A DNA stretch of 49,580 nucleotides. It comes from a virus (taxonomy: Duplodnaviria > Caudoviricetes). The stretch is taken from IMG/VR virus record IMGVR_UViG_3300010366_000003, positions 1-49,580 of that record; one strand, given 5' to 3'. Positions 1 to 9,153 of the stretch are shown in pieces; within the stretch, counting starts at the first letter, position 1; the number at the start of each line of letters is the position of its first letter. The notes beneath the pieces are model-generated. The model was not told the DNA's origin. It searched no databases and saw nothing but the letters and a program-made list of their open reading frames with translations. Made by a program: the position numbers and the translations under genes.

Positions 1-123
1 CTACGAGTACATAGCGCAGTACCGCGAACGCATCCAGGAGGTCGAGACGATACAAAAGCAGCTTTGGAGGATAATCTCAACCCAAGGCACAGGCGGCCGC
101 ACACAGGTCGAAGCATGCGGCAG
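1..123. repeat. Terminal direct repeat, left copy (123 bp, identical to 49458-49580); circular assembly overlap
   Basis: Bases 1-123 (ctacgagtac...catgcggcag) match 49458-49580, and one ORF reads through the junction. Confidence 0.97.
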
Positions 124-271
124 GTTGCTAGACTGCACAAAGCAACTAGTCGAGCTCTATGATTCTCTACCCCTTGTCAACGCCATCCGAGATTACGACG
201 CGATTCAGGAACATAGGGGCACTAATCAAGAACCGGAGCCAGCAGAGCGCACCGAAGACAATTCCACTTGA
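2..271 (+). CDS. terS: Putative terminase small subunit, 3' part
   Basis: Frame from base 2 reads YEYIAQYRERIQEVETIQKQLW...EDNST*, in frame with ATG 49252 after circularisation. Confidence 0.7.
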   Translation, partial: YEYIAQYRERIQEVETIQKQLWRIISTQGTGGRTQVEACGRLLDCTKQLVELYDSLPLVNAIRDYDAIQEHRGTNQEPEPAERTEDNST

Positions 272-1697
272 GGCTCAGGCGTTTTACAAAGACTTTGGAT
301 TCCTGACCCACCCGGCCACAAGAAGGCCAGCACCCAATCTAACGCCCTACCAGCGTGAGATCTGGAATGACCAGAGCAAATACAGACTCGTCATCAAATC
401 CCAGAAAGTAGGCATCACCACGTCCGCGCTTTTGGAGGACTTTCAGCGCAGTATCACAGTCGCAAAGGGCAAAGACATCCTGGTAATTGCGCAGTCGCAG
501 CGCCATGCAAACGAGCACATCCGGACCCTTAAGTACATGGTCGTCAATTCGGAAAAGTATGCCCGCTATCTCATCACATCCATCGGAGAGTTCGGCCAGT
601 TCAAAGAGGAGAAGAGCAAAGTACACGTCGCATACATCGTCAACGATGACGCCGTTAATCAACCAACCAGAGTCATTGGCCTGGGCGCTGCGGAAGGTGG
701 AGTTTGGTCGTGGAAAAATGTCGCTCATATCCACATCTCAGACATCGCAGCAGCTAGCATCAAAGATGACTCTGGGCTATTTGCAGCGGCTTTCTCACGA
801 CTCGCTAATACGTCTGGCACTATGCTTATTGAATCGCCGCCCAGAGGACCAAGGGGCCAACTCTACGACATATACACAAAATCGAAGTTCTCCTCGCAAG
901 CCGGCGAAGAGGAGGGGGGGACGCCCGAAGGCCAATTCAAAGTCTGGGAAATACCGGCGCGTGAAGCAGTAGCCAGCGGATTAATCTCCCAGCAATTTTT
1001 AGACGCCGAAAAATCAAGGCTAGGTTCGCTCTACCGACAATACTACGAAGCCGCATTTATATCGGCGATCTACGCAGCCTTTGATGTTTTTGCATTAGAG
1101 CAGGCCGAGGCCGACGGTCTAAAGATTGGCGTCACGCCGCTAAATCAGTACGCACCGCGGAGCATGGGAATAGACCCAGGCTTTGGCAGCTCTGAGTTTG
1201 CCCTGACGATTATCGAGTCCGTCCCGCATCTAGGCAACAAGAACAGAGTGCTGTACGCCCAGTCCTTTGAACGCGCTACCTATGAGCAAATGAAGTCGGC
1301 CGCTTACCAGCTAATCAAACGCCATGACATCGATACCGTATACGTCGACGCTGCCAATCCCGAATTTATCCGCAGCCTCAAGATTATGCTAGAGGACGAG
1401 CCAACCACGAAATATGAGGACGTCGTGCGTGCAGCCAACAGCAAAGGCCACAGACTCGAAGACATAATGAAGGTCGTACCCGTCAATTTCAGGCAAGAAG
1501 ACAAGGCGCTGCTCCAGCATGCAAAGGCGTTAATCGAAGCAGGCGAGATTGCCATCCATCCGGATTTTAACGACTTGTTGAACGATCTCAGAATAGCGCA
1601 AGAGATTAACGGCGGCCTGGACAAGCGGCAAGGCAATCGCCTCGACTTGGTCGACAGCTTTAGATTAGCGTGCAAGTTTTTACGGCCTATTGGCTAA
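159..1697 (+). CDS. terL: Terminase large subunit
   Basis: LTPYQ adenine-binding motif, deviant Walker A KSQKVGITT, Walker B-like HIHISD, coupling motif IESPPRG, RNase H-like nuclease motifs GIDPG, VYVDAANP, DLVDSFR. Confidence 0.92.
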   Translation: MILYPLSTPSEITTRFRNIGALIKNRSQQSAPKTIPLEAQAFYKDFGFLTHPATRRPAPNLTPYQREIWNDQSKYRLVIKSQKVGITTSALLEDFQRSITVAKGKDILVIAQSQRHANEHIRTLKYMVVNSEKYARYLITSIGEFGQFKEEKSKVHVAYIVNDDAVNQPTRVIGLGAAEGGVWSWKNVAHIHISDIAAASIKDDSGLFAAAFSRLANTSGTMLIESPPRGPRGQLYDIYTKSKFSSQAGEEEGGTPEGQFKVWEIPAREAVASGLISQQFLDAEKSRLGSLYRQYYEAAFISAIYAAFDVFALEQAEADGLKIGVTPLNQYAPRSMGIDPGFGSSEFALTIIESVPHLGNKNRVLYAQSFERATYEQMKSAAYQLIKRHDIDTVYVDAANPEFIRSLKIMLEDEPTTKYEDVVRAANSKGHRLEDIMKVVPVNFRQEDKALLQHAKALIEAGEIAIHPDFNDLLNDLRIAQEINGGLDKRQGNRLDLVDSFRLACKFLRPIG

Positions 1698-1944
1698 GCG
1701 CCAGAAGCCCAACAGGAAGAAAGCCGTCAAACGCAAGCCCAGACGCATCGCAAAACAACAGCAACAACAGCAACAACAACAGCAACAGATAAGGAAGACG
1801 TACACGGCCTTTTGTGTTGACTGCGGCCAGGAGATCCCGCGACCTCCGTTTATGGTCAAGGCGAACGCGGTAGAGCTAGCGATGAATCACACGCACGCAA
1901 CAGGCCACGAGAATACCAGAATCCGGGAGACTAGTAGTTCATAG
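1690..1944 (+). CDS. Basic poly-Q protein with C2H2-like Zn finger
   Basis: K/R-rich N-terminus, Q10 tract, CVDC...HTHATGH; TTG start overlaps the TerL stop. Confidence 0.7.
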   Translation: MAKRQKPNRKKAVKRKPRRIAKQQQQQQQQQQQIRKTYTAFCVDCGQEIPRPPFMVKANAVELAMNHTHATGHENTRIRETSSS

Positions 1945-1980
1945 GATTGCCCTAAACGGTACACAAGACGATACATCATT

Positions 1981-2235
1981 ATGGTTGGACGTTGTACCGA
2001 GGGGCAATACAAAGGCGAGTTATGCCTAAAGCCGCCAACGAGTTATCCCGTGACTGAGAACGGCAAGCTAAGTCCTGGACGCGTTCGTAATGCGGCAGCC
2101 AGAGGCAGCCAGCAAGGCGTGCTTGACACGCTAAAACGCAACGGTTTATGCACGTACATGAAGAAAATAGGAGCCGAGTCTGGCGTCTGCAACACAGCCG
2201 CAAAATCGGCAAGCAAATACGGCGTAAAGATTTAG
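1981..2235 (+). CDS. Small head-module protein (DUF6582-like)
   Basis: YPV...RVRNAAAR.SQ...AA...SKYGVKI resembles a phage head-associated motif (YPI...HxRNALAR...AAKKFGI); recalled, not searched. Confidence 0.55.
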   Translation: MVGRCTEGQYKGELCLKPPTSYPVTENGKLSPGRVRNAAARGSQQGVLDTLKRNGLCTYMKKIGAESGVCNTAAKSASKYGVKI

Positions 2236-2243
2236 TCTCAGAG

Positions 2244-2366
2244 ATGCCCTTCGCCGGCTATACAAATTTTGCCGAGTGCGTAGCCGACCAGCTCAAGAAG
2301 GGCAAGAGCAAGGCAGCAGCGCAAAGGATTTGTGGAGCCCTGCAGTCACAAACAACTGGTGCATAA
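2244..2366 (+). CDS. 40-aa head-module microprotein
   Basis: ATG 2244, MPFAGYTNFAECVADQLKKGKSKAAAQRICGALQ; resembles a PFAGY..F..CV...AIC motif of phage head modules. Confidence 0.6.
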   Translation: MPFAGYTNFAECVADQLKKGKSKAAAQRICGALQSQTTGA

Positions 2367-2700
2367 ACATCTACGTGGACCAGTTGCCGAATACCAGGGA
2401 TACCCGGCTCTTCTAAGGTACTCCGGCTTTTACAACGGTAAACGCGTGCCAGGCGTCGAGACGCTGCAGGCGCGACAGGCACAGCTCGAAAGATACTTAG
2501 CGGCAAAGCAGCTCGAACTCGATCAGGTTACGGACGAAAAGAAGCAGCTGCGAGAAAGAGACGCCCTGAGCCCCACTCTGCGAATGATATTCCGAAGGGC
2601 AGAGACGGAGCTAAACCACGACATCAAGGAGCTAAAAGACGAGCGCGATATGGTACGTGACGCCGCTACTGCACAGGCTGAGAGGCTAATGCGTTACTAG
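2359..2700 (+). CDS. Hypothetical coiled-coil protein
   Basis: Probable GTG start at 2359 overlapping the upstream stop; heptad-rich; followed by a T7 tract. Confidence 0.65.
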   Translation: MHKHLRGPVAEYQGYPALLRYSGFYNGKRVPGVETLQARQAQLERYLAAKQLELDQVTDEKKQLRERDALSPTLRMIFRRAETELNHDIKELKDERDMVRDAATAQAERLMRY

Positions 2701-2918
2701 CTTTTTTTCTGGAAGCAGTCGAGACAAACGCCGTCGTACGAATGCCAGTCGTAGAAATCGATCTGCTCCTTATTGCAAACAGAACAATTTTCGTTGCGAT
2801 GCAGCGCAGCGAATGTCTCAAACGGGTGCGTGTTTCGCTCCCGACAATAAGGACATGGCCTCGCGTTGGGAGTATACGCCTTATGAATCCGACAATACCC
2901 AGTTCCGTACATACGCAT
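2697..2918 (-). CDS. Double Zn-ribbon microprotein
   Basis: MRMYGTGYCRIH...CPYC...CSVC...CLDC; ATG at 2918 or 2912; its stop shares CTAG with the convergent gene. Confidence 0.65.
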   Translation of the reverse strand: MRMYGTGYCRIHKAYTPNARPCPYCRERNTHPFETFAALHRNENCSVCNKEQIDFYDWHSYDGVCLDCFQKKS

Positions 2919-3390
2919 GGACTTTACGATAATATCAGACTCGGCCCCACTAGTTAGGCATTGCTCAAACCTTAGCTGCCAGCAATGCGATCTAGTCGAA
3001 TGGAAGGGACTAACGGCCTGTCCTATGTGCGGCAAAATCTACGGCGAACTGGTCGACGAGTCCCAGGACGGTGACAACAACAAGAACAAGAACAACAACA
3101 AAGTCGCGTACGCTCCGGCAGTCAACAGGGCAGAGGACGAGGCCATGATAGCACCGTTGCGCAGGCCTGGGATCTCCCGAGAGCGCAAGCGCACCGAGTA
3201 CGACGACGCATTTTTCGGAGGCCGGGGCATAGTAGTCTTGGAAGACGACGAGGTACTGCCCGTATCAGTTGAGCAAGAAAGAAAGCAAAGCCAGAGCCAA
3301 AGGCGTCGTCCAGAAACTCGACAAGGAGATTACCGACGAACTAAGCAATCAAGATCCGGAGCAGCAGATCGCTATCCCGTTAGCTACTAA
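2917..3390 (+). CDS. Zn-ribbon protein with low-complexity tail
   Basis: CSNLSCQQC...CPMC and an N/K tract; overlaps the portal 5' end by 122 bp; start uncertain. Confidence 0.55.
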   Translation: MDFTIISDSAPLVRHCSNLSCQQCDLVEWKGLTACPMCGKIYGELVDESQDGDNNKNKNNNKVAYAPAVNRAEDEAMIAPLRRPGISRERKRTEYDDAFFGGRGIVVLEDDEVLPVSVEQERKQSQSQRRRPETRQGDYRRTKQSRSGAADRYPVSY

Positions 3391-5029
3391 CACAGAGGCC
3401 CGCTATCCCAAGCTAAGCTTACCAGGCCGCCATTTATCCGCAGCCCAGGCAGCGGCGCCGCAACCACAGGGGCCGCAGCAAGTAGCAAACGTATTTGGAC
3501 AAGTCTCCGAGCAAGCGCTGGGCCAGGTCCGAAAAGCCTTGACGCTGGCAGAAGTCGCCGCGCTGCTAAAGGTAACGGATCCGCTTACCGATAGAATCGA
3601 GATCCCGTACACGCAGCTAGAGTTCTGGCGTATGCATGACACGTACAGAAGAGACGGGACGGCAAGAAGAGCCGTCAATTTGTTGGCAGATTTCACGCTA
3701 GGCGACAGGACATTGAATGTCCTGGACGTCACAAAGGAATATCCGACCAAGGCGCAGCATGACGCAGCCCAGAAAGCCTTGCAAGGTAACGCAGAAGCTC
3801 AGGGCATCAAGGCCGAGTTAGACAGGATTAATCGTGTAGTTAACTTCGACCACTGGTGTACCGCCGCTTTCATACAGTGTAAAGTTTTCGGTCGTGCGGT
3901 CCTTGTTATTCAGGACGACCCGGAGACAGGTCTGCCTATTTCGCTTAAGCTTTTGTCGTCGATGCGTCTTGGCCGCATCTTTGTTAACCAGGTAACCTGG
4001 GAGATCGAAGGCGTAGAATACATCGACTATCAGGGGGTCCAGTCCATAATACCAGAGGACAAGATGATCTATTTCACGAACCTGGATTATGGCATTAGCC
4101 CCAACACGTTAGGCATGGGCCTAAGTGACTTCGAAGTCATCATGGACATTTCAGAAACAAATCGCACAGTTCGGGAGATGGACATCAAAGAATTGAACCG
4201 TAGTTTATGGGCCCCTTACATTATTTTCAAGATCAACACGAAAAAGCGCAGCGTGATGCAAGCGGTCAAGGACCAATTGAAAGTGGGTGTCCCGTTCGTG
4301 CATAACCTAGACGGGGACCTCACGATCCAGAAGATAGAACAAACGCCGCTGGGCCTAATTGAAGAGCTTGACCGCAACGACCACACCATAGGCCGTCACA
4401 TGGGCGTCTTGACCTTCATGCTAGGCTTTGAAGATTTCCCCAACAGAAGTACGGCAAACAGCACGTTAGACGCCTGGACAAAGTCGGTCCTGGCGAAACT
4501 AAGAACCTGGCTCCGCGGCATCATAGAGCCGCAGTGGATAGATCGAAACGTCGCAGTCATAAAGAAGATCACACCCGAGGACGTGCCAATGCTAGATTAC
4601 AAGGTCAAAATGGACTTTGAAACTTTCACCGTCCAGGACTTGCATAACGATGCGGCAGCCGTTGACCTGTTGGTCAAGGACGGCGTTATCGACGCAGAGA
4701 AAGCCCGCGAGGTAATGGGTATGTCTGACATCGACGAACGAATGGCAGCGCAAGACGCGACAAAGCAAGCAAACCTGGCAAAGCAGACTGCTATTACGGA
4801 AAGACAGCTAGGCATTCAAGAGAAATCGATGGGTCAGGCGATGACGATGCCGCCTACAAAGCAGCAGCCATTGCAACGGTCAAACCTGGCAAGCGCGGCC
4901 AACGCTTCCAACGACGGGGACATAAAGCAAAAGAAGATCGAGGTCTTAGATGCGATTAAGGACCATTATACTAATGCGACTATTGGGCGAGAGAGAACTA
5001 AAGGCACTAGAGGACGAGCTGCGCAATAA
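3269..5029 (+). CDS. Portal protein
   Basis: 586 aa between TerL and MuF; VFGRAVLVI, LGMGLSDFE, NRSTA and IDAEKAREVMGM (INEAR-like) motifs typical of portals. Confidence 0.85.
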   Translation: MSKKESKARAKGVVQKLDKEITDELSNQDPEQQIAIPLATNTEARYPKLSLPGRHLSAAQAAAPQPQGPQQVANVFGQVSEQALGQVRKALTLAEVAALLKVTDPLTDRIEIPYTQLEFWRMHDTYRRDGTARRAVNLLADFTLGDRTLNVLDVTKEYPTKAQHDAAQKALQGNAEAQGIKAELDRINRVVNFDHWCTAAFIQCKVFGRAVLVIQDDPETGLPISLKLLSSMRLGRIFVNQVTWEIEGVEYIDYQGVQSIIPEDKMIYFTNLDYGISPNTLGMGLSDFEVIMDISETNRTVREMDIKELNRSLWAPYIIFKINTKKRSVMQAVKDQLKVGVPFVHNLDGDLTIQKIEQTPLGLIEELDRNDHTIGRHMGVLTFMLGFEDFPNRSTANSTLDAWTKSVLAKLRTWLRGIIEPQWIDRNVAVIKKITPEDVPMLDYKVKMDFETFTVQDLHNDAAAVDLLVKDGVIDAEKAREVMGMSDIDERMAAQDATKQANLAKQTAITERQLGIQEKSMGQAMTMPPTKQQPLQRSNLASAANASNDGDIKQKKIEVLDAIKDHYTNATIGRERTKGTRGRAAQ

Positions 5030-5447
5030 GCTCTACGACGTAGTGACATCGGTCACGAAGCTCTTTGCCGGCCCGCTGATAGGAGGCTCCTCCTCTCCGG
5101 TCCTAATGTTCCAAGACGAAGTCAATGCCATGTTTCGCCATTATGCCGAGAGCGGCTACAAGATGGGGACAGAGCACGCAGCGCTAGCGCTCAGGCAAGA
5201 AGGCTACATAACTCACGCCGACATCGACGCCATCAAGCAGATAGCGGCCGATCATAGCGCCAGGTTCTGGGCCCGCATAAACAGGGGCGTTATCGAAAAA
5301 GAACAGCAGATGCGCAACTTACAATTTACAGGCGAGGCTCCCGACTCTCACTTAACAAAGGAGTGGATAGTCGATCCGGTCGCCTCGTCTGATGTATTTA
5401 CGGCGTATAATCAAGCGATTCGTACGAAGGCTTCGAGGCTCACCTGA
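4950..5447 (+). CDS. Probable N-terminal part of a MuF/SPP1 gp7-like minor head protein
   Basis: Helical protein after the portal ending in ASSDVFTAYNQA (equivalent to ARTE...AYN); true start may be TTG near 4983. Confidence 0.55.
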   Translation: MRLRTIILMRLLGERELKALEDELRNKLYDVVTSVTKLFAGPLIGGSSSPVLMFQDEVNAMFRHYAESGYKMGTEHAALALRQEGYITHADIDAIKQIAADHSARFWARINRGVIEKEQQMRNLQFTGEAPDSHLTKEWIVDPVASSDVFTAYNQAIRTKASRLT

Positions 5448-5449
5448 CC

Positions 5450-5773
5450 GTGGCAATAAAAGACGTTGAGAAACGCATAGCGGCAAAGTTCCCCGGCCTT
5501 ACGCCGATAGAGCTGCCAGAGGAACCGGCCACAACAAAGACCGTGATGCAATGGGTCACGGCGATGGACGACAAAGTCTGCGCTGAATACTGTCAGCCAC
5601 TAGACGGCAAGCAATGGGAGATAGACGATGCAAGAATGCCAACGCCCCCCGACAGCACGCATCCTAATTGCCGATGCCAATTGCAGCTAGTCGAGATACC
5701 AAGGACCGAGGAGCTCGTGACGTCCGAAGAAGCCGCACTAATAGCGGTCATTGAGACGGTGTCTAATCTATAG
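5450..5773 (+). CDS. MuF/phage minor head protein, C-terminal domain
   Basis: WVTAMDDKVCAEYCQPLDGK...PP..HPNCRC signature. Confidence 0.85.
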   Translation: MAIKDVEKRIAAKFPGLTPIELPEEPATTKTVMQWVTAMDDKVCAEYCQPLDGKQWEIDDARMPTPPDSTHPNCRCQLQLVEIPRTEELVTSEEAALIAVIETVSNL

Positions 5774-5774
5774 C

Positions 5775-5957
5775 ATGAGCTTCGATTCGCTATCCTTCGA
5801 TGATCAGTCCTTTGACGCTGTGCCAGCAGCCGAACAGCCTGGCGTCAAATACGCCTATCGGCCAACTGGCACGTACGAGCTATCAGCCAACAAGTTAGGC
5901 CGTCCTCGGTTCTCATACGCCCGACTGCGCGCTAAACTAGGTTTACCATCATCATGA
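5775..5957 (+). CDS. Small protein with FDxxS pentapeptide repeats
   Basis: ATG 5775, MSFDSLSFDDQSFD; ATGA overlap with the next gene. Confidence 0.65.
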   Translation: MSFDSLSFDDQSFDAVPAAEQPGVKYAYRPTGTYELSANKLGRPRFSYARLRAKLGLPSS

Positions 5958-7243
5958 GCTGGCGGAAGACGAGCAACACTAGGCAGGGTACTAGCACCCT
6001 CTACGGTGCAGCGGACTATAACACGCTAATGGACCTGCTTAACGGCGTCGATACAGGCCAGCAAGTCACGATAAACAATAACTGGGCGTTCACCAAGGCC
6101 GGACAGCCGACAGGCATAACGGTCACGCCAGGCGCTAATTCGATCACGACGGCTATGCTCCAGGACAGCGCCGTCACCGGTGTCAAGATCGCGGCCGGCA
6201 CGATAGACAACACCGATATCTCTGCCACAGCCGCTATAGCAAAATCCAAGCTCGCAGCGCTAGCGATCGTTGACGCAGACGTCGCCTCCGGCGCCGCTAT
6301 TGCAAAGGCAAAACTAGCACCGCTCAACATAGCAGACGCCGATGTCTCCGCAACCGCTGCAATAGCGAAATCGAAATTAGCTGCCCTTAACATCGCTAAC
6401 GCCGACGTAGCGGCAGCCGCAGCTATAGCATACTCAAAGCTAAATCTGGCTAGCTCAGTAGCACCCGCCGATCTAAATGCGGCGCTGGGTCAGCCCTATC
6501 AGGTCCCGCAAATTAACGCCGCTGGCAACGCCGTCCAGTACGCCGATAGCGTGATGATGCCCTCTTCAGGCCGATTATACGGGGCCAGGATGGGCTTTGC
6601 TAGTACGACCACGACTAACGGCCTGGGAATCCTGCAAGCAGTCGCCCAAGGTTCCAATGCAACGGCGGTAGGACAGATAACGGCCGTCGACGGCAACCAT
6701 GTGGTCCACAACAGCGGAACGAGCAACAACAAGGGGAGAGCTGGCTGGTGGGGCATCGGCGGCACAGAAAGAAAGTTTAACCCGATATTCACGGTAAGAT
6801 ACAAGCTAGGACAGGCCTTTACATCAGCCAACGGCATACTGTACATCGGCTTGCAGAACCAAGCTAGCCAGCCTGCGGCAGGCACCGGAGTGCTTGACAC
6901 CTATCTCGACGGAGCTAGCAAGATCGGCGTGCTCTTTGGTTACAGGTCGGTTGACACTCACCGAATGATAATATCAAACAACGCGCAGACGTTAGCGACG
7001 TATACCGACCTAGGTGTTGCACCGGACGGAAACATACACACCGTCTCTATTCAGATAACAGATTCACCGGCCCAGATTAATTGGTGGTTTGACGGCGTAG
7101 CGCAGACATCGATAACCAACACTACGAACAACGTGCCGCCCAGTACGACCCAGCTGTACCCTATCCTGATATTGGAGGCACAGACAGCGACGGGGCAGGT
7201 CATCACAGAGCACTGGAGTCAGATATCAATGGACTGGATCTAA
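5954..7243 (+). CDS. Virion fibre protein A (probable head fibre)
   Basis: N-terminus shared with the next gene (MSWRK...MDLLNGV.TG..V.INN.W.F); 21-aa IADADVSATAAIAKSKLAALN repeats; C-terminal beta-rich domain. Confidence 0.75.
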   Translation: MSWRKTSNTRQGTSTLYGAADYNTLMDLLNGVDTGQQVTINNNWAFTKAGQPTGITVTPGANSITTAMLQDSAVTGVKIAAGTIDNTDISATAAIAKSKLAALAIVDADVASGAAIAKAKLAPLNIADADVSATAAIAKSKLAALNIANADVAAAAAIAYSKLNLASSVAPADLNAALGQPYQVPQINAAGNAVQYADSVMMPSSGRLYGARMGFASTTTTNGLGILQAVAQGSNATAVGQITAVDGNHVVHNSGTSNNKGRAGWWGIGGTERKFNPIFTVRYKLGQAFTSANGILYIGLQNQASQPAAGTGVLDTYLDGASKIGVLFGYRSVDTHRMIISNNAQTLATYTDLGVAPDGNIHTVSIQITDSPAQINWWFDGVAQTSITNTTNNVPPSTTQLYPILILEAQTATGQVITEHWSQISMDWI

Positions 7244-7248
7244 CCTGA

Positions 7249-9153
7249 ATGTCCTGGCGTAAGATAAACAGCAATCGCGTCGGAACTCCGACGATGTTCT
7301 CTGCGGTCGACTTAAACAAGGTCATGGACCTCTTGAACGGAGTCAATACCGGCAACCCCGTCCAGATTAACAATCCCTGGACGTTTAGCTCGGGCCTTAC
7401 TGGAATAACCGGGGCCAATATCACCGACGGCTCTATCGCAGATAGCGAGATGGCCGTGCAGACGACGACCAAGATATCGACGCTTAACAAGACGCTGCTT
7501 AACTCTGCAATCCTCTACGCGGACCAGGCCAACACGATAACGGGAGGACTGCAAACAATCCAGGTTGATACATCCCCACTGCTAAAGCTCTACAGACCTA
7601 GCAACACGGTCCGCGTCGCCGTAATGTCGTTTCGATCGCAAAACGATAGCCTCGTCGAGACTGAAAGCAATCAGATCACCGGCGGCATGGAGACAAGCAC
7701 GCCGGGCAACGAGAGCGGTCTGCTCACAATTTATTCAAAGTACGCCGGGACGTTGCACCCAAAGCTCGGAGTGAGAGGCAACCAGATTCTAATCTGGGAC
7801 TCGGACTGGAGCCACGAGTACGTGATAAGCTCGTCCAATCTTACGGCTCACAATTTTATCACGTTACCAGGCGACGGCGATTCGTTTGCGTATCTCAACC
7901 AACCGCAAGCATTCACTAGCAAGGACCTCACAGACCCAAGCAACGTCTTTCCCATCGTAGGCACAGGCGGCGTTTCCGATAACTCGATAACCGATGCAAA
8001 GATAGCAGCCCAGACCTCAACGAAGATAACGATAACGAACAAGGCGCAGCTTAACAGCCAGATAGCGTACAAGGACGCCACGGCCTGGCTTACCGATGCA
8101 ATGGTTAGCGCCACAGCCGCAATAGCAAAGTCAAAGCTAAATCTAGCGGGCACTATCGGCGCGGCAGAGATTACGAACGGCTCTATAGCAGACCTAGAAA
8201 TTTCAGCGACCGCGGCCATCGCCTACTCTAAACTAAATCTCGCCAATTCGATACTTAACGCGGACGTCAATGCAGCCGCAGCGATAGCCAAGTCAAAGCT
8301 AGCCGCCTTGAACATCATAGACTCCGACGTCGCAACGCATACCAGCACCAAAATCTCGATAACAAACAGAGCGCAGCTTAACAGCGGAATAGTCTATAAC
8401 GACAACACGTACCAGGCCCCGAACCTGCAAGGGTCCCCTATCTCGGGCCATCAATTCGGCGGGCTCGTCCCCAACGCGGACGACCCAGGCGAAGGCCTCC
8501 TTAAGAACATGGTGCTTGTGAGGACGACGCCCGACGCAATTAGCACGGCCACGTTTGACACCCTCGCCTCGTGGGGACTGCAATTCACGACCGCCGGCGT
8601 GAACCATCCCGCCGGGTTCTACAAGGACACGGCCGTAACATATGCGAACAGGAATCCAAGGATTCGCGTGCTGCCTCTTCTGGTCTCGCCCAATGTCAGC
8701 GACAGATTCTATATTGGCTGGACAGGCTACGGGACCGCCCCGCTCCCAGAAAGCAATACGCCGCTAGCGTCGACGGACGTCGGAATACTGCTCGGATTTA
8801 GGGGAGTAGACACGACATGGAAGGTCTTCTCTAGCGCCGGGACTGGCACGGCTATGACAGTAAAAGATACGTTTGTCGATAGATCGAACTCCGCCGGCGT
8901 GCTCAGGGACTTCGAGCTAAAGTCCGTCTCAGGATCGAACAAGTGGACGATAAATCCAATCCATACCGGCTATGCCGGCGACACGGCAACGCCTAACGTT
9001 CCGCAAGACGTGACGACCAATATCCCAGCGACAAGTTCCAAATTGTATTTCCATTGCGTTTACCAGAAGACGCTCTTTACGACGACAAGCTCGATGAACG
9101 TCCTCGGCGCAGAAGTAGAGTCTGGGTCTGTTTACGGCGGCACTCCATCATAA
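7249..9153 (+). CDS. Virion fibre protein B (paralogue of A)
   Basis: Same N-terminus and AAIAKSKL repeats, plus three T(S/T)TKI(S/T)..N...LNS.I.Y repeats; similar C-terminal domain. Confidence 0.75.
   Translation: MSWRKINSNRVGTPTMFSAVDLNKVMDLLNGVNTGNPVQINNPWTFSSGLTGITGANITDGSIADSEMAVQTTTKISTLNKTLLNSAILYADQANTITGGLQTIQVDTSPLLKLYRPSNTVRVAVMSFRSQNDSLVETESNQITGGMETSTPGNESGLLTIYSKYAGTLHPKLGVRGNQILIWDSDWSHEYVISSSNLTAHNFITLPGDGDSFAYLNQPQAFTSKDLTDPSNVFPIVGTGGVSDNSITDAKIAAQTSTKITITNKAQLNSQIAYKDATAWLTDAMVSATAAIAKSKLNLAGTIGAAEITNGSIADLEISATAAIAYSKLNLANSILNADVNAAAAIAKSKLAALNIIDSDVATHTSTKISITNRAQLNSGIVYNDNTYQAPNLQGSPISGHQFGGLVPNADDPGEGLLKNMVLVRTTPDAISTATFDTLASWGLQFTTAGVNHPAGFYKDTAVTYANRNPRIRVLPLLVSPNVSDRFYIGWTGYGTAPLPESNTPLASTDVGILLGFRGVDTTWKVFSSAGTGTAMTVKDTFVDRSNSAGVLRDFELKSVSGSNKWTINPIHTGYAGDTATPNVPQDVTTNIPATSSKLYFHCVYQKTLFTTTSSMNVLGAEVESGSVYGGTPS

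Noticed and set aside
1-123. Terminal repeat as a biological direct terminal repeat
   Set aside because: It falls mid-gene in TerS and has the length of an assembler overlap; it shows circularity or terminal redundancy, not physical genome ends
6200-6450. 63-bp periodic repeats as a CRISPR-like array
   Set aside because: They are degenerate in-frame coding repeats of the fibre shaft with no spacers; no CRISPR array was seen anywhere
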